From the IMG/VR virus record IMGVR_UViG_3300002144_000477, positions 1 through 64,000 of that record: DNA of 64,000 nucleotides; one strand, given 5' to 3'. The translations under genes and the position numbers were made by a program. The stretch comes from a virus. Below the pieces are notes generated by a model. That model worked only from the letters and a program-made list of their open reading frames with translations, was not told the origin of the DNA and made no database searches. Shown here piece by piece: positions 47,300-56,367 of this stretch (position 1 is its first letter; each line of letters begins with the position of its first letter).

Positions 47300-48409
47300 T
47301 TATTTAAGCCCTGCTAGCTTCTTCAACTCAATGACATTAGCATCGTCGTTTTGAGTTGCGGCTGTTTTAGTAGCAGTTTTCTTATCTCCAGTTACTGCGG
47401 AACTTTCTGTTACCAAACGCTTTTCAGATTTTGGTTGTACAGATGAGTTACCGCCTAGTACTGCTGGTAGATACTTTTCGTATGCCTTCTGCAAATTTGC
47501 AGTTTGCACAGATTCTAAAAGCTCGCTCATTACAGCGGCTTTTTCCTTGTTTAAAGGCTTTAGTAGTGCGGACATTGACTTAGTACGCTCTACACTTTCC
47601 TTTATAACTTGGATTTCTTTGTTTTTCAACTCAGCGATAGATTTTGCTTCGTGAATAGCCTTGTCAGCTTCAGCTAATTTAGTATGGCCTTCATCGATTT
47701 GTTTCTTTAGTTTTGCAACTTCAGCATTTTCATTTAAATGCGTACCTGCAAATTCACTAACAAACGCTTCGAAGATTTTACGACCAAACATGTTCTCACG
47801 AGCAAGTGTGATATCTTCTTTGAGTTGAGTCAATTCGGACTCTAGGTTGGAAGCAACCATTTCCTTAACAAGTTTTGCACTCTTAGAAACAAAAGCTTCT
47901 TGTAGTTGAACCATTTTAGATTTGGCTTCAGCTATTAAGCGTACTTTAGTTTCTACAACTGCTTGCTTGTCTTTTTCGAATTCTTGAAGTTCTTCGGCTA
48001 ATGCCTTAACTACGAATTCTTCTAGCTTACCAATACTGTTTTCGTATTGTTTGCGGTCGGAACGTAGTTCTTTGATTTCTTCGGCAAGTTTAGTAACCAT
48101 AAAGCTATCAAACTTGTTAGCACCTTCCATCATGCGAGCAGTATACTTCGCACGGTCGGCTGCCATTTGTTTCTTCTCAGTATTGAACTCTGCGATTTCT
48201 TCAGATAAGGATTCGGTAACCATCTTGTCTAGAGCCTCTACCATTACGCTTTTATCGTGGGTGTATTTCTGAGAAAATTCATCACGCAATTCGCTACGAA
48301 TTTCTTCGCGAGCTTCAGTTAGCTTAGTTTCCCAAGCTTCATTAATTGCTTGACGAGTTTCATCATTTACAATGCCACTTTCTAACAATGGTTTTAAAGC
48401 ATCAAACAT
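47300..48409 (-). CDS. gp22: Prohead scaffold/core protein (gp22-like)
   Basis: Coiled-coil, E/K-rich, between protease and capsid; GRKIFEAF. Confidence 0.85.
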   Translation of the reverse strand: MFDALKPLLESGIVNDETRQAINEAWETKLTEAREEIRSELRDEFSQKYTHDKSVMVEALDKMVTESLSEEIAEFNTEKKQMAADRAKYTARMMEGANKFDSFMVTKLAEEIKELRSDRKQYENSIGKLEEFVVKALAEELQEFEKDKQAVVETKVRLIAEAKSKMVQLQEAFVSKSAKLVKEMVASNLESELTQLKEDITLARENMFGRKIFEAFVSEFAGTHLNENAEVAKLKKQIDEGHTKLAEADKAIHEAKSIAELKNKEIQVIKESVERTKSMSALLKPLNKEKAAVMSELLESVQTANLQKAYEKYLPAVLGGNSSVQPKSEKRLVTESSAVTGDKKTATKTAATQNDDANVIELKKLAGLK

Positions 48410-48424
48410 TGACTTTCTCCTGTC

Positions 48425-49060
48425 TTATAGTTTCAGTTCGTTGATAAGGCGTGTCACTGCCTCTTTTAGGTACTTTTGTACTTTTTGATCATGTACTGCG
48501 TCTTTGGCCGTTTCAAGGGCTTGATGGCCCCCGCGCATATTAAGTAGACTTTCATAAATCGCTCTTGGATATGCATGTGGAGCACTTGGTTGTGCTACAA
48601 TGTCAACTGTAACAATATCGAAATTGCTGACATGACCTGACGCTTCACTTACGTCGCCTGAACCACGTGAACTAACACCTAGTTTAACACCTGCTTCAAG
48701 CATACTCTTTACCATTTCTCCCATTGGAGTTGGTAAAATCTTTAACTTACCATGTCCGCATGGGCCATCCATCCACATATCTGTGATCATATGGCTCACA
48801 CGGTCTAGGTTAATTTTTAAATCATCTGGGTGATCTACTTCGCCGAGAACACTATAACCACCTTTGATTTGATCATTGATAGTTGAAACGGCTTGTTCGA
48901 TCTCCTTGACTGGGTAAACACGTTGGTTAGCATTTTTGACGCCTCCCTCGATGAAAATACCCTTCATGTAAAGACTCTTACGCCCGTCTGTGCTTTCATC
49001 GGATTCAATGACCATGTTAGCGCGGTCGAACGTTAGATTTTCTTTGAGATACAAAGCCAT
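48425..49060 (-). CDS. gp21: Prohead protease (gp21-like)
   Basis: NANQRVYP, GEVDHP, KILPTPMG, LGVSSRGSG, DIVAQPSAP.A. Confidence 0.96.
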   Translation of the reverse strand: MALYLKENLTFDRANMVIESDESTDGRKSLYMKGIFIEGGVKNANQRVYPVKEIEQAVSTINDQIKGGYSVLGEVDHPDDLKINLDRVSHMITDMWMDGPCGHGKLKILPTPMGEMVKSMLEAGVKLGVSSRGSGDVSEASGHVSNFDIVTVDIVAQPSAPHAYPRAIYESLLNMRGGHQALETAKDAVHDQKVQKYLKEAVTRLINELKL

Positions 49061-49073
49061 ATTGTGCTCCTAT

Positions 49074-49907
49074 TTACTCAGCGGATTTAGCTTTTGGTGC
49101 AGACTCTAAACCCTGATTGCCACCCGGAACGTTTTTGTTTCCAGTTGCAATTAGTTTAGCAGTTGGTGCTTTACCACCAGCTTCGTCGCCACCTTTAACG
49201 ATATTAGCAGTTGTGCCGCCCATGTCGTTCTTACCAGCAACTACGCTAGACTTGTTGTCAGCGCCATCTATGTTTTTTACACCAGCAACTTTTTCTACGT
49301 ATTCACGTAGTTTTGCTAGTTCTTCGTCGCCTGTGTCTGTGTCTTCTTCGTCGTCCATTTCTTCGTCAGATTCAGAAACTGTATCTTCTTCGGCAACTTC
49401 TTCTTCGAACTGGATGCCTTCTTCTGCTGGAAGCTCTTCAACTTCGTCGCTTAGGTCAGCCATGTCATGGTCTTGCATGTCGTGATCGCCATCGGCGTCA
49501 GCATCTACCATGCCCATGATTTTGTCAAATTCTGCTTTTAATTCGTCGATGGCAGATTCGATATCCATGATGTCGCCTTTAGTAGCAGGCTCTTCATCGT
49601 CTTCGTCGCCTGTGTCCATTGCCATGTCATCTTCTTCATCGTCTTCGTCGCCCATAAACGCAAATTCTTTTTCAGACTCATCGTCTTCGTCTTCTTCTTC
49701 GTTTACGCCTTCTTCGTCAGCCGATACATCGTTAGCTAAATCGCCAACTTCGTCTGTACTGATTTCAGCTTCGTCCGTGACTTCTTCGTCCATTAAGGAT
49801 TCGTAAATGCTACGGCTTTTTTCTAAGACAATGTCGTGAAATAATTCACGGGCTTTGTCCTCTTGTTCATTAATAATGAACTCAATTAACTTTTCATACT
49901 TGTTCAT
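49074..49907 (-). CDS. Acidic prohead core protein
   Basis: Start MNKYEKLIE with GAGGAG SD; very D/E-rich; position of T4 gp67/68. Confidence 0.7.
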   Translation of the reverse strand: MNKYEKLIEFIINEQEDKARELFHDIVLEKSRSIYESLMDEEVTDEAEISTDEVGDLANDVSADEEGVNEEEDEDDESEKEFAFMGDEDDEEDDMAMDTGDEDDEEPATKGDIMDIESAIDELKAEFDKIMGMVDADADGDHDMQDHDMADLSDEVEELPAEEGIQFEEEVAEEDTVSESDEEMDDEEDTDTGDEELAKLREYVEKVAGVKNIDGADNKSSVVAGKNDMGGTTANIVKGGDEAGGKAPTAKLIATGNKNVPGGNQGLESAPKAKSAE

Positions 49908-49932
49908 AGGAACTCCTCTCGTGATTAGTAAA

Positions 49933-49968
49933 TAGTAATAAGGCTTTGCATAGTAATAAGGCTTTGCA
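49933..49968. repeat. Perfect 18-bp tandem duplication
   Basis: TAGTAATAAGGCTTTGCA x2 in the leader of the head operon. Confidence 0.9.
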
Positions 49969-50044
49969 TCCAATTACCTTTGTACTATTATTTACATATA
50001 TACCGTTATTACTTTATAATAACGGTGTTTTTTAAGCTCAAATT

Positions 50045-50071
50045 AAAAAAATACCCGTTTACAACGGGTAT
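50045..50071 (-). terminator. Terminator downstream of portal operon
   Basis: ATACCCGTT inverted repeat followed by a T-tract on the - strand. Confidence 0.8.
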
Positions 50072-50092
50072 CGCATTAAGATAAGTGTAGGA

Positions 50093-50323
50093 TTACGCTA
50101 AAGCTGCCGCATCGCCAGCATCACTTGGAGTGTACTGTTGAGCAATTTCGGTGGCTTTTTGTTCATTTTCAAATTTTCTAATGTCGTTGGAACTACGTAG
50201 GCGGTTTAAATGCCTTAGCGTTAATCGGACTTTCCGTGTGTCATCAACTGATAATACACTTTGATCGTCTTTTTCATTGAACTGCGGAGTTTCGGTAGAG
50301 TTAAAGAATTCAGTAATAAACAT
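50093..50323 (-). CDS. Small head-morphogenesis protein
   Basis: MFITEFF...DTRKVRLTL.HLNRLR; between portal and core; TAAATA 5 nt upstream. Confidence 0.7.
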   Translation of the reverse strand: MFITEFFNSTETPQFNEKDDQSVLSVDDTRKVRLTLRHLNRLRSSNDIRKFENEQKATEIAQQYTPSDAGDAAALA

Positions 50324-50336
50324 GTTTATATTTACC

Positions 50337-52064
50337 TTAGACCGGATTTCCAGCAGCATCAAGCGCAGGGCCAGCATCAACATCCGGCATAGCATCGCCA
50401 CCGCCTTCGTCTGCGTTAATATCATCGACCATATCAGCGGTGTCTGAATCGCCTTCGAGTCCGCCTGGGGTAATTCCAACATTACGCAAGCTAGGATCAC
50501 TGGTTTGCTCGGTATTAGCTTTACCTTGCTCTTCTTTCCACATTGATTCGTTTTCAGCTAGTTCAGCTTCGCTCAAGCCTAAGTACCTCTGTAGTAAGAA
50601 ACGTTTACTTAAGTACCCGAACGATTCTAACTGTGTAAACGTTGCAATTCTAGCACTGTCAATGTCTGCTTGACGATACTGTGCAAAGTTTTGCGGCTCT
50701 TCGAACTTTAATTCAAATAACTGACTGTCGATATTAAACCCTCTCCAACGAAGGAACATTTTAAATTCAGTGTCTAGTTTATCTACAATCATTGACTGTA
50801 AACGCTTACAGTACTGATTAAAACGCCATTCTTGTATAAGTGCAGTACCAATGCGACCGTCTGTATAACTTTGTGTTCCGTCGTCTGTGCCAGTTGGCAA
50901 GTAACTACTAGGAATACGTAATCCACGGAATAGTTTATTTGAAAAGAATCGCAAGTCAGTGATTTCGCCCAAGTTATTACCACCCGGTAGTACATCTACA
51001 CTAGACCCGCGTCCGTCAGCAGTAGTTGGGAAGAAGTAATCTTCGTTAGTGCTCAGTGGGTTATACGTTGCATCCATCATGTTCTGACCGCCACCAGACT
51101 GAGTTGGAATTCTACGTTGGTGAATTTCATTTTTGATACGCTCAACAAATCCCATTGCCATGTGTGTCGGCATATTACCTACGTCAATTTTGAATACACG
51201 TCGCTCTGGCGCACGTTGGACACGATAGATAATAATAGCATCTTCGAGCAATTCCTTTTGCTTGAATACTTTAAACACTGTTTCTAACACCGAGTTACCA
51301 AACGGCCAGAATGCATCCAACCCTTCAGTTAAACTTAAATGAACAATATGCTCTGCATCAATTATACTGTCAGTTTGCGATGAAGCAAATCTAGATCCAG
51401 TGCTATACTGCGATGACGATTGCATGTACCCGCTACCGCCACCATTACCGCCGGCATTTGGTGTGTTAACATGCACATCACTTGAAGATACTGCGGCTAC
51501 TGTTAAGTTTTCAAAGTTAGGATTTAAATCTTTAAGCACATACTGCTCAGGCTCTTTACCTTCTGCTTCGTTAACAATAACTTTAACAACACTAGCCATT
51601 TCTGCCCAGTACAATTTGAATGTTTCAGGATCACGCAAAAATACTTGATCGCCATACTTGATAGTATTGCGAATAATTTTAAACATGCGTTTGTTTAACT
51701 GATTTAAGTTAACCCAATGCAATAGCTGTTCATTGATGATTTTAACTTCGTTTTCAGTTGGAGCATCGTTAAAATGCATCTTAAACGGAGTGTTATTTGT
51801 TTCGTTACGTTGTGTACAAAACTCAGCAATAATATCTAATGCGGCATTAATTTCGCTATCTAAATCCATTTGCTCGTATTGACTATAACGCTCAACACGG
51901 TTTGGGTGACCTGTGTATATTTCTGGGAGATGACTTTGGTAGTTTCTAAATGCAGCCTCACCTTTAACTGCGTCAGTTGACGAGTTACTTCCGCTAATAG
52001 GACTCATTGTAGCGCCCATTGCAGACGGTACATTTGAGGTTTTAAAATATTTTTTCCAACTCAT
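50337..52064 (-). CDS. gp20: Portal vertex protein (gp20-like)
   Basis: LLEDAIIIYRVQRAPERRVFKIDVGNMP, EDYFFP, LPGG.NLGEI.D, LRIPSS. Confidence 0.97.
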   Translation of the reverse strand: MSWKKYFKTSNVPSAMGATMSPISGSNSSTDAVKGEAAFRNYQSHLPEIYTGHPNRVERYSQYEQMDLDSEINAALDIIAEFCTQRNETNNTPFKMHFNDAPTENEVKIINEQLLHWVNLNQLNKRMFKIIRNTIKYGDQVFLRDPETFKLYWAEMASVVKVIVNEAEGKEPEQYVLKDLNPNFENLTVAAVSSSDVHVNTPNAGGNGGGSGYMQSSSQYSTGSRFASSQTDSIIDAEHIVHLSLTEGLDAFWPFGNSVLETVFKVFKQKELLEDAIIIYRVQRAPERRVFKIDVGNMPTHMAMGFVERIKNEIHQRRIPTQSGGGQNMMDATYNPLSTNEDYFFPTTADGRGSSVDVLPGGNNLGEITDLRFFSNKLFRGLRIPSSYLPTGTDDGTQSYTDGRIGTALIQEWRFNQYCKRLQSMIVDKLDTEFKMFLRWRGFNIDSQLFELKFEEPQNFAQYRQADIDSARIATFTQLESFGYLSKRFLLQRYLGLSEAELAENESMWKEEQGKANTEQTSDPSLRNVGITPGGLEGDSDTADMVDDINADEGGGDAMPDVDAGPALDAAGNPV

Positions 52065-52102
52065 TCGATTAGTTCCCAGTTTGTATAGCTATTTATTACT
52101 AT

Positions 52103-54685
52103 TTAGAAAGTGTTCTCTGCAATTGTTCTTTGGTGATCAACTGCATCGGCTGTTTTAGAATTTAATTCCGACATTAAGTCAGCAATACTATTCAATGTCA
52201 TTAACTGTTCTTCGAGTAATCTACTAAGTGGTGAGTCAATGGCATCTTTTCCTTGCAACGGTTGCTGATTTTGCAACTGTGCGCTAGCTGGATCTCCAGT
52301 AATAGCAGAATTTGCCATTGCTGAAAGTTTACCCATCGGGGTTGCATCCCATAGATCTTTAAGTGCGCTAGATGCCTTAGACACAAAGTCACTGGAATCG
52401 CGCTCAGGATTTCGAACTTCAGCTCCGCTATTGGATAGTGCGCTTGCTGTACCGCTTAGTCCCATTAGCCCGCCACGCATAGCAGCAATCTCTGCTTTCA
52501 CACCTTGCATATCGCCAATTGTTTTAGTTTCACGACTAATAACACGTTTTGACGACTCTGCACCTGGGGAAACACTGCTGGATCCAGCTAGGTCTTTACC
52601 AAACAGCTTCATTGCTTGCTCGTAACCTTTTGAATCTTTAACTGGCTCATTACCTTTTAACGGAATTATTAATTCTTTACCGTGTAGTTTTGCTAAGAAC
52701 CCGCCCGGATCTCCTTCGACAATTCCGCCTACACTATGTCCTTTAGTTTCACTCCACCACGACGCAAACCCTCCAACAACTCCGCCTAATGCAGCGCCAA
52801 TTGCTGTGCCAATGGGTCCGGCCATTGAACCAACCATTGCGCCAGTTGAAGCACCAGTTAATGCGCCGCTGCCGACAGTGCCCCAATCAGTTTTCTTTTC
52901 AGGTGCATTGTTAGGATCACCTACTCCCATGGACGCTAGCATGCCGCGCACGCCTTCTAGTGTCTCTTTAGTAACATCAGAGAATTTCTTAATAGCAGGA
53001 GACAGTTCATCCTGCAAAGCTAATTTTAACTGTTGCCCGGCTGTTGTAGCACCTACTAGCGAGTTAGTTAGCTCATCATTTGTAGTCTTCTGACCTTGCG
53101 CTCCTGCTTCAGCACCTTTGATTGCAGCAGCATTCCATTTATTACGATACTGCAATTCTGTTCCCATAGCAGTGCTTAGTTCTCCAGCAATGCCGCCAAT
53201 TCCTGCCATGCCTGCCATACCAATTTCTTTATTTGCAAGCATGTCTGATTTAACACCGGCGGCGTATTCTGCGTTAATTGATCTAGCACTATTAGCATCT
53301 AATGTTCCTGCTTCAGCGGCCGCTACTAGTGCTTGGTTATTAGCGGCAAAACTACTACTAGTAGCCTCCATTGCTGCACCAGCTTTGTTTATGGTCTGAC
53401 CAAATACCATTGTTTCCATGAAGTTTTTACGCTGTTGATCGCTCATGTTTGCCATTGCATTAATCACGTTGTCACGTTGTGTAGACTCCATGCCTGCTAA
53501 CTTCTGCTGAAATGCTAATTGTGCAGCTTGCTCTTTAACTGCTGCCATTTTCTTTCTTGCATCTTCACCAGTGATTGATGAAATAATACGAAGGTTTTCT
53601 GCGTATTTGCCAGTCTGCTGTGCAATAGCTGCTTGGTCGCCTGCTGTTAGCGCTTCGCCGCTCTGCCGCATGTTAGCCATGGTTTCTGCTACTAAGCCTG
53701 CTTGCTCTTCGAATCCGTATCCTAACTTCATTAGCTCGGTTTTCATTTGGACGCCGCCAGCTTTCATTGCACCGCCCATTAATTTTGTTGCTGTACCAAC
53801 ATCCATGCCAGCTGCTGCTAACGATCCGCTATGCTGTTGCAACACTTTAGCAAATTGATCGGTAGTTAATCCTGCAGATAATGCAGCGTTTTTTGCCCCA
53901 GTTACGCCGTCAGCAAACAATGCACCAGCATTGGTTGCATCATGAAAGGCTTTAGATGCACGCTCAACTTCTGTGCCAATAACTTGCATGCCAAATTTAG
54001 CAAGGTTGCTGGCGCCAGTTGACAGTGATTGTACAATTGGTCCGAGTGCGGCCATTGCAATACCTGCTTTACCTGCTTTACCGCCAAGCCCGGCCATTGC
54101 AGTACCTGCGGCACCCATTGCCGCGCCTGCGGCATTACCTGCACCTGCAGCAGTATCTATCGCTCCGCTGAATAATGTAGTCGATAACGATGTTGCACTA
54201 GCATCAGTTTGCAATGCTTTAACAAAGCTACCTACTGCCGGAATCATGCTTTGCTTAAATGCTTTTGCAGTACCCATAGCAAAGTTGTTTAAACCGACTT
54301 TTGCATTGTGCTGTACCGCAGTTAATTCCAATTGTTCTTTGCGGGTTTTAATTACCGCCATACGACCAAGGTCCGACTCCTTGCTAGCCTCATCTAATGC
54401 CTTGCCCAATCGCTCAATGTCGTCTGTTAGGTTTACATAGTTTAAACCTTGACCTTCCATCATACGCTGATAAGCATTTAATCCACGAGTAGTGCCTTTA
54501 ATTTGCCCAGTTAGTTTATCAACTTCTTTACCTAACTCAGCTAACGACTTTGTATCACCTATACCACTGGTTTTACGAGTACCTTGACCGCCGCCGCCCA
54601 TAGCTGGATCTTTACCGCCAGAATGAAATTCTCGCAATGCCGCAAGGAACGAATCCGTCATTTGCCGTGGATCAAAATCAGCCAT
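52103..54685 (-). CDS. Tape-measure-like/baseplate hub protein
   Basis: 860 aa, A/G/M-rich helical; GG.V.G..G....LHGKELIIPL motif typical of TMP C-termini; divergent from gp26. Confidence 0.7.
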   Translation of the reverse strand: MADFDPRQMTDSFLAALREFHSGGKDPAMGGGGQGTRKTSGIGDTKSLAELGKEVDKLTGQIKGTTRGLNAYQRMMEGQGLNYVNLTDDIERLGKALDEASKESDLGRMAVIKTRKEQLELTAVQHNAKVGLNNFAMGTAKAFKQSMIPAVGSFVKALQTDASATSLSTTLFSGAIDTAAGAGNAAGAAMGAAGTAMAGLGGKAGKAGIAMAALGPIVQSLSTGASNLAKFGMQVIGTEVERASKAFHDATNAGALFADGVTGAKNAALSAGLTTDQFAKVLQQHSGSLAAAGMDVGTATKLMGGAMKAGGVQMKTELMKLGYGFEEQAGLVAETMANMRQSGEALTAGDQAAIAQQTGKYAENLRIISSITGEDARKKMAAVKEQAAQLAFQQKLAGMESTQRDNVINAMANMSDQQRKNFMETMVFGQTINKAGAAMEATSSSFAANNQALVAAAEAGTLDANSARSINAEYAAGVKSDMLANKEIGMAGMAGIGGIAGELSTAMGTELQYRNKWNAAAIKGAEAGAQGQKTTNDELTNSLVGATTAGQQLKLALQDELSPAIKKFSDVTKETLEGVRGMLASMGVGDPNNAPEKKTDWGTVGSGALTGASTGAMVGSMAGPIGTAIGAALGGVVGGFASWWSETKGHSVGGIVEGDPGGFLAKLHGKELIIPLKGNEPVKDSKGYEQAMKLFGKDLAGSSSVSPGAESSKRVISRETKTIGDMQGVKAEIAAMRGGLMGLSGTASALSNSGAEVRNPERDSSDFVSKASSALKDLWDATPMGKLSAMANSAITGDPASAQLQNQQPLQGKDAIDSPLSRLLEEQLMTLNSIADLMSELNSKTADAVDHQRTIAENTF

Positions 54686-54723
54686 AATTGTTCATTTTTC
54701 CTAATTAGGTGGAGTTGCCCCCA

Positions 54724-54765
54724 TAAATACTCAAGTACACTTTCAGATGTACCATAATGTATTTA
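54724..54765. promoter_or_regulatory. Face-to-face late promoters for gp26 (+) and TMP (-)
   Basis: TAAATA + strand 54724-54729; TAAATA - strand 54760-54765. Confidence 0.65.
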
Positions 54766-54780
54766 TAGGATCAAAAACCG

Positions 54781-55650
54781 ATGGAAACCCAAAACATGCA
54801 ACAAATGCCAATTAATCCGCTGACTGGACATTTCAGACAGCCTAAGATTTCTTTAACTTTGCCCTCAGGCGGTAAATGGTGGGGCGACGGTGCATTAGAT
54901 TTGCCAGCTAACGGTGAATTGCCTATCTATGCAATGACTGCAAAAGACGAAATACAACTTAGAACACCTGATTCTCTGTTAAACGGTACTAGTTTAGTTA
55001 ACGTAATACAAAGCTGTTGCCCGAGTATCAAGGATGCGTGGCAAATGCCCAGTGTTGATGTAGATGCTATTTTAATTGCAATACGTATTGCCAGCTTCGG
55101 CGATAGCATGGATGTTAACACATCGTGTCCAAAATGCCAGGAAGAAGCCACATTTGGCGTTCCGCTCGGGAAGAAGTTAGCAGAAATACAGATTGGCGAT
55201 TATGATCAGGAAATAGAATACCAGGATTTAAAGTTTAAACTAATACCACAACAGTATTACAATGTAAACAGATTGAATCAAGTGAGATTCCAAGAAGAAC
55301 GTATTAGCATGCTTATTGTTGATGCTACTATGCCCGAAGATGAAAAAGGAAAACAGTTGCAAGAAAGTTTCCAGCGTCTAGTTGATCTGGGATTAGAAAA
55401 CGTAACCGAAAGCACCGAATATGTGCAAATGGCTGACGGTACTAAAGTACGTAACAAACATCACATCTTAGAATTTTTTACTAATTCTCCAGGGTCCGCG
55501 ATGAAAGTAGTAAACGATAGGTTAAACAAGTTAGCAGAAGCCAGCAGACCAGCACCACTTAAACTTAAATGCAAACATTGCGAAACTGTATACGAAAACT
55601 CATTGGAATTCGATTACACAAGTTTTTTCGATCAAGCCTCCTCCAGTTAA
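54781..55650 (+). CDS. gp26: Baseplate hub assembly protein (gp26-like)
   Basis: LPSGG, MTAKDE, D.DAILIAIRIAS.G, CPKC, C-terminal CKHC...SFF. Confidence 0.8.
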   Translation: METQNMQQMPINPLTGHFRQPKISLTLPSGGKWWGDGALDLPANGELPIYAMTAKDEIQLRTPDSLLNGTSLVNVIQSCCPSIKDAWQMPSVDVDAILIAIRIASFGDSMDVNTSCPKCQEEATFGVPLGKKLAEIQIGDYDQEIEYQDLKFKLIPQQYYNVNRLNQVRFQEERISMLIVDATMPEDEKGKQLQESFQRLVDLGLENVTESTEYVQMADGTKVRNKHHILEFFTNSPGSAMKVVNDRLNKLAEASRPAPLKLKCKHCETVYENSLEFDYTSFFDQASSS

Positions 55651-55862
55651 AGACTGAAGACGATGTAGTTAAGTTCCTTAGGGGATTTGACAAACAGGTG
55701 GAGGCTATAAAAGAAGAATTATTTAGATTATGTTGGTATATGCGTGGCGGGGTAACTTACAGCGAAGCAATGTATCTAGATCAGGAAGAACGTAAAATCA
55801 TTGGACGAATTATTGATAGTAACTTAGAAGTAACTAAAACAAGTAGAATGCCATTCTTTTAA
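55623..55862 (+). CDS. gp51-like hub assembly domain, probably reached by -1 frameshift from gp26
   Basis: LCWYMRGGVTYSEAM.L..EER..I; -1 frame relative to gp26; entered at T TTT TTC. Confidence 0.65.
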   Translation, partial: FFRSSLLQLKTEDDVVKFLRGFDKQVEAIKEELFRLCWYMRGGVTYSEAMYLDQEERKIIGRIIDSNLEVTKTSRMPFF

Positions 55863-55880
55863 ATGTTGCTTACTATTTAA

Positions 55881-56360
55881 AGTTCTCTAGCGAGAACTGT
55901 TTACTTCACTAACGTTCGTAAACTTTTTTATTTTCTTAATTAAGTATCATCCAGATTAAGCAGTCACACTTTGCCCTTGCGGGGCAAAGATAAAATTGCG
56001 CATCATCCGAGTAGCACAGTCACTAGCGTTCGAACTATAATGCTACATAAATGTTACATTAACTGGGTTAACGCTATCTTTATGCTACATTGCGTAGGCG
56101 GTTGTCCTGTACCTACTCATTCTGTCTTTATACAACGGCAGCTAATATAATATACGCTAACATACTATACTAACCTGCTACATCACTGTAGCGTCTTTTT
56201 AGCCTTTTAAATTCTTTTCAAACAATCAAACCGCGGCATTTAAGCGATCGTCGTCCTGTTAAGGATAGTGATTGAGTGCTCCAATCAGCGTAGAGTCTTA
56301 CATCCCTGTGATCCGGTTGATCCAGGTTTAGTGCATACGAGGTTAGCCTATGCTAGCTTA
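55881..56360 (-). ncRNA. Candidate large structured non-coding RNA
   Basis: ~480 nt without an ORF in a gene-dense genome; at least 9 hairpins; G-U pairs and GNRA loops (GTGA, GCAA) only on the - strand; boundaries approximate. Confidence 0.6.
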
Positions 56361-56367
56361 TACTGAA

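Noticed and set aside
49908-49973. N-terminal extension MDAKPYYYAKPYYY of the core protein
   Set aside because: Produced by the 18-bp duplication; a strong GAGGAG SD marks ATG 49907
50324-50500. Longer starts in the ORF track (also 9627, 15412, 13381, 39390, 4059, 46045)
   Set aside because: They overlap upstream genes or promoters; SD and promoter positions favour the downstream starts used here
55881-56360. tmRNA, RNase P RNA or group I intron identity for the structured region
   Set aside because: No tRNA-like ends or tag ORF, no GAGGAAAGUCC, and no interrupted host gene or recognisable P7 core
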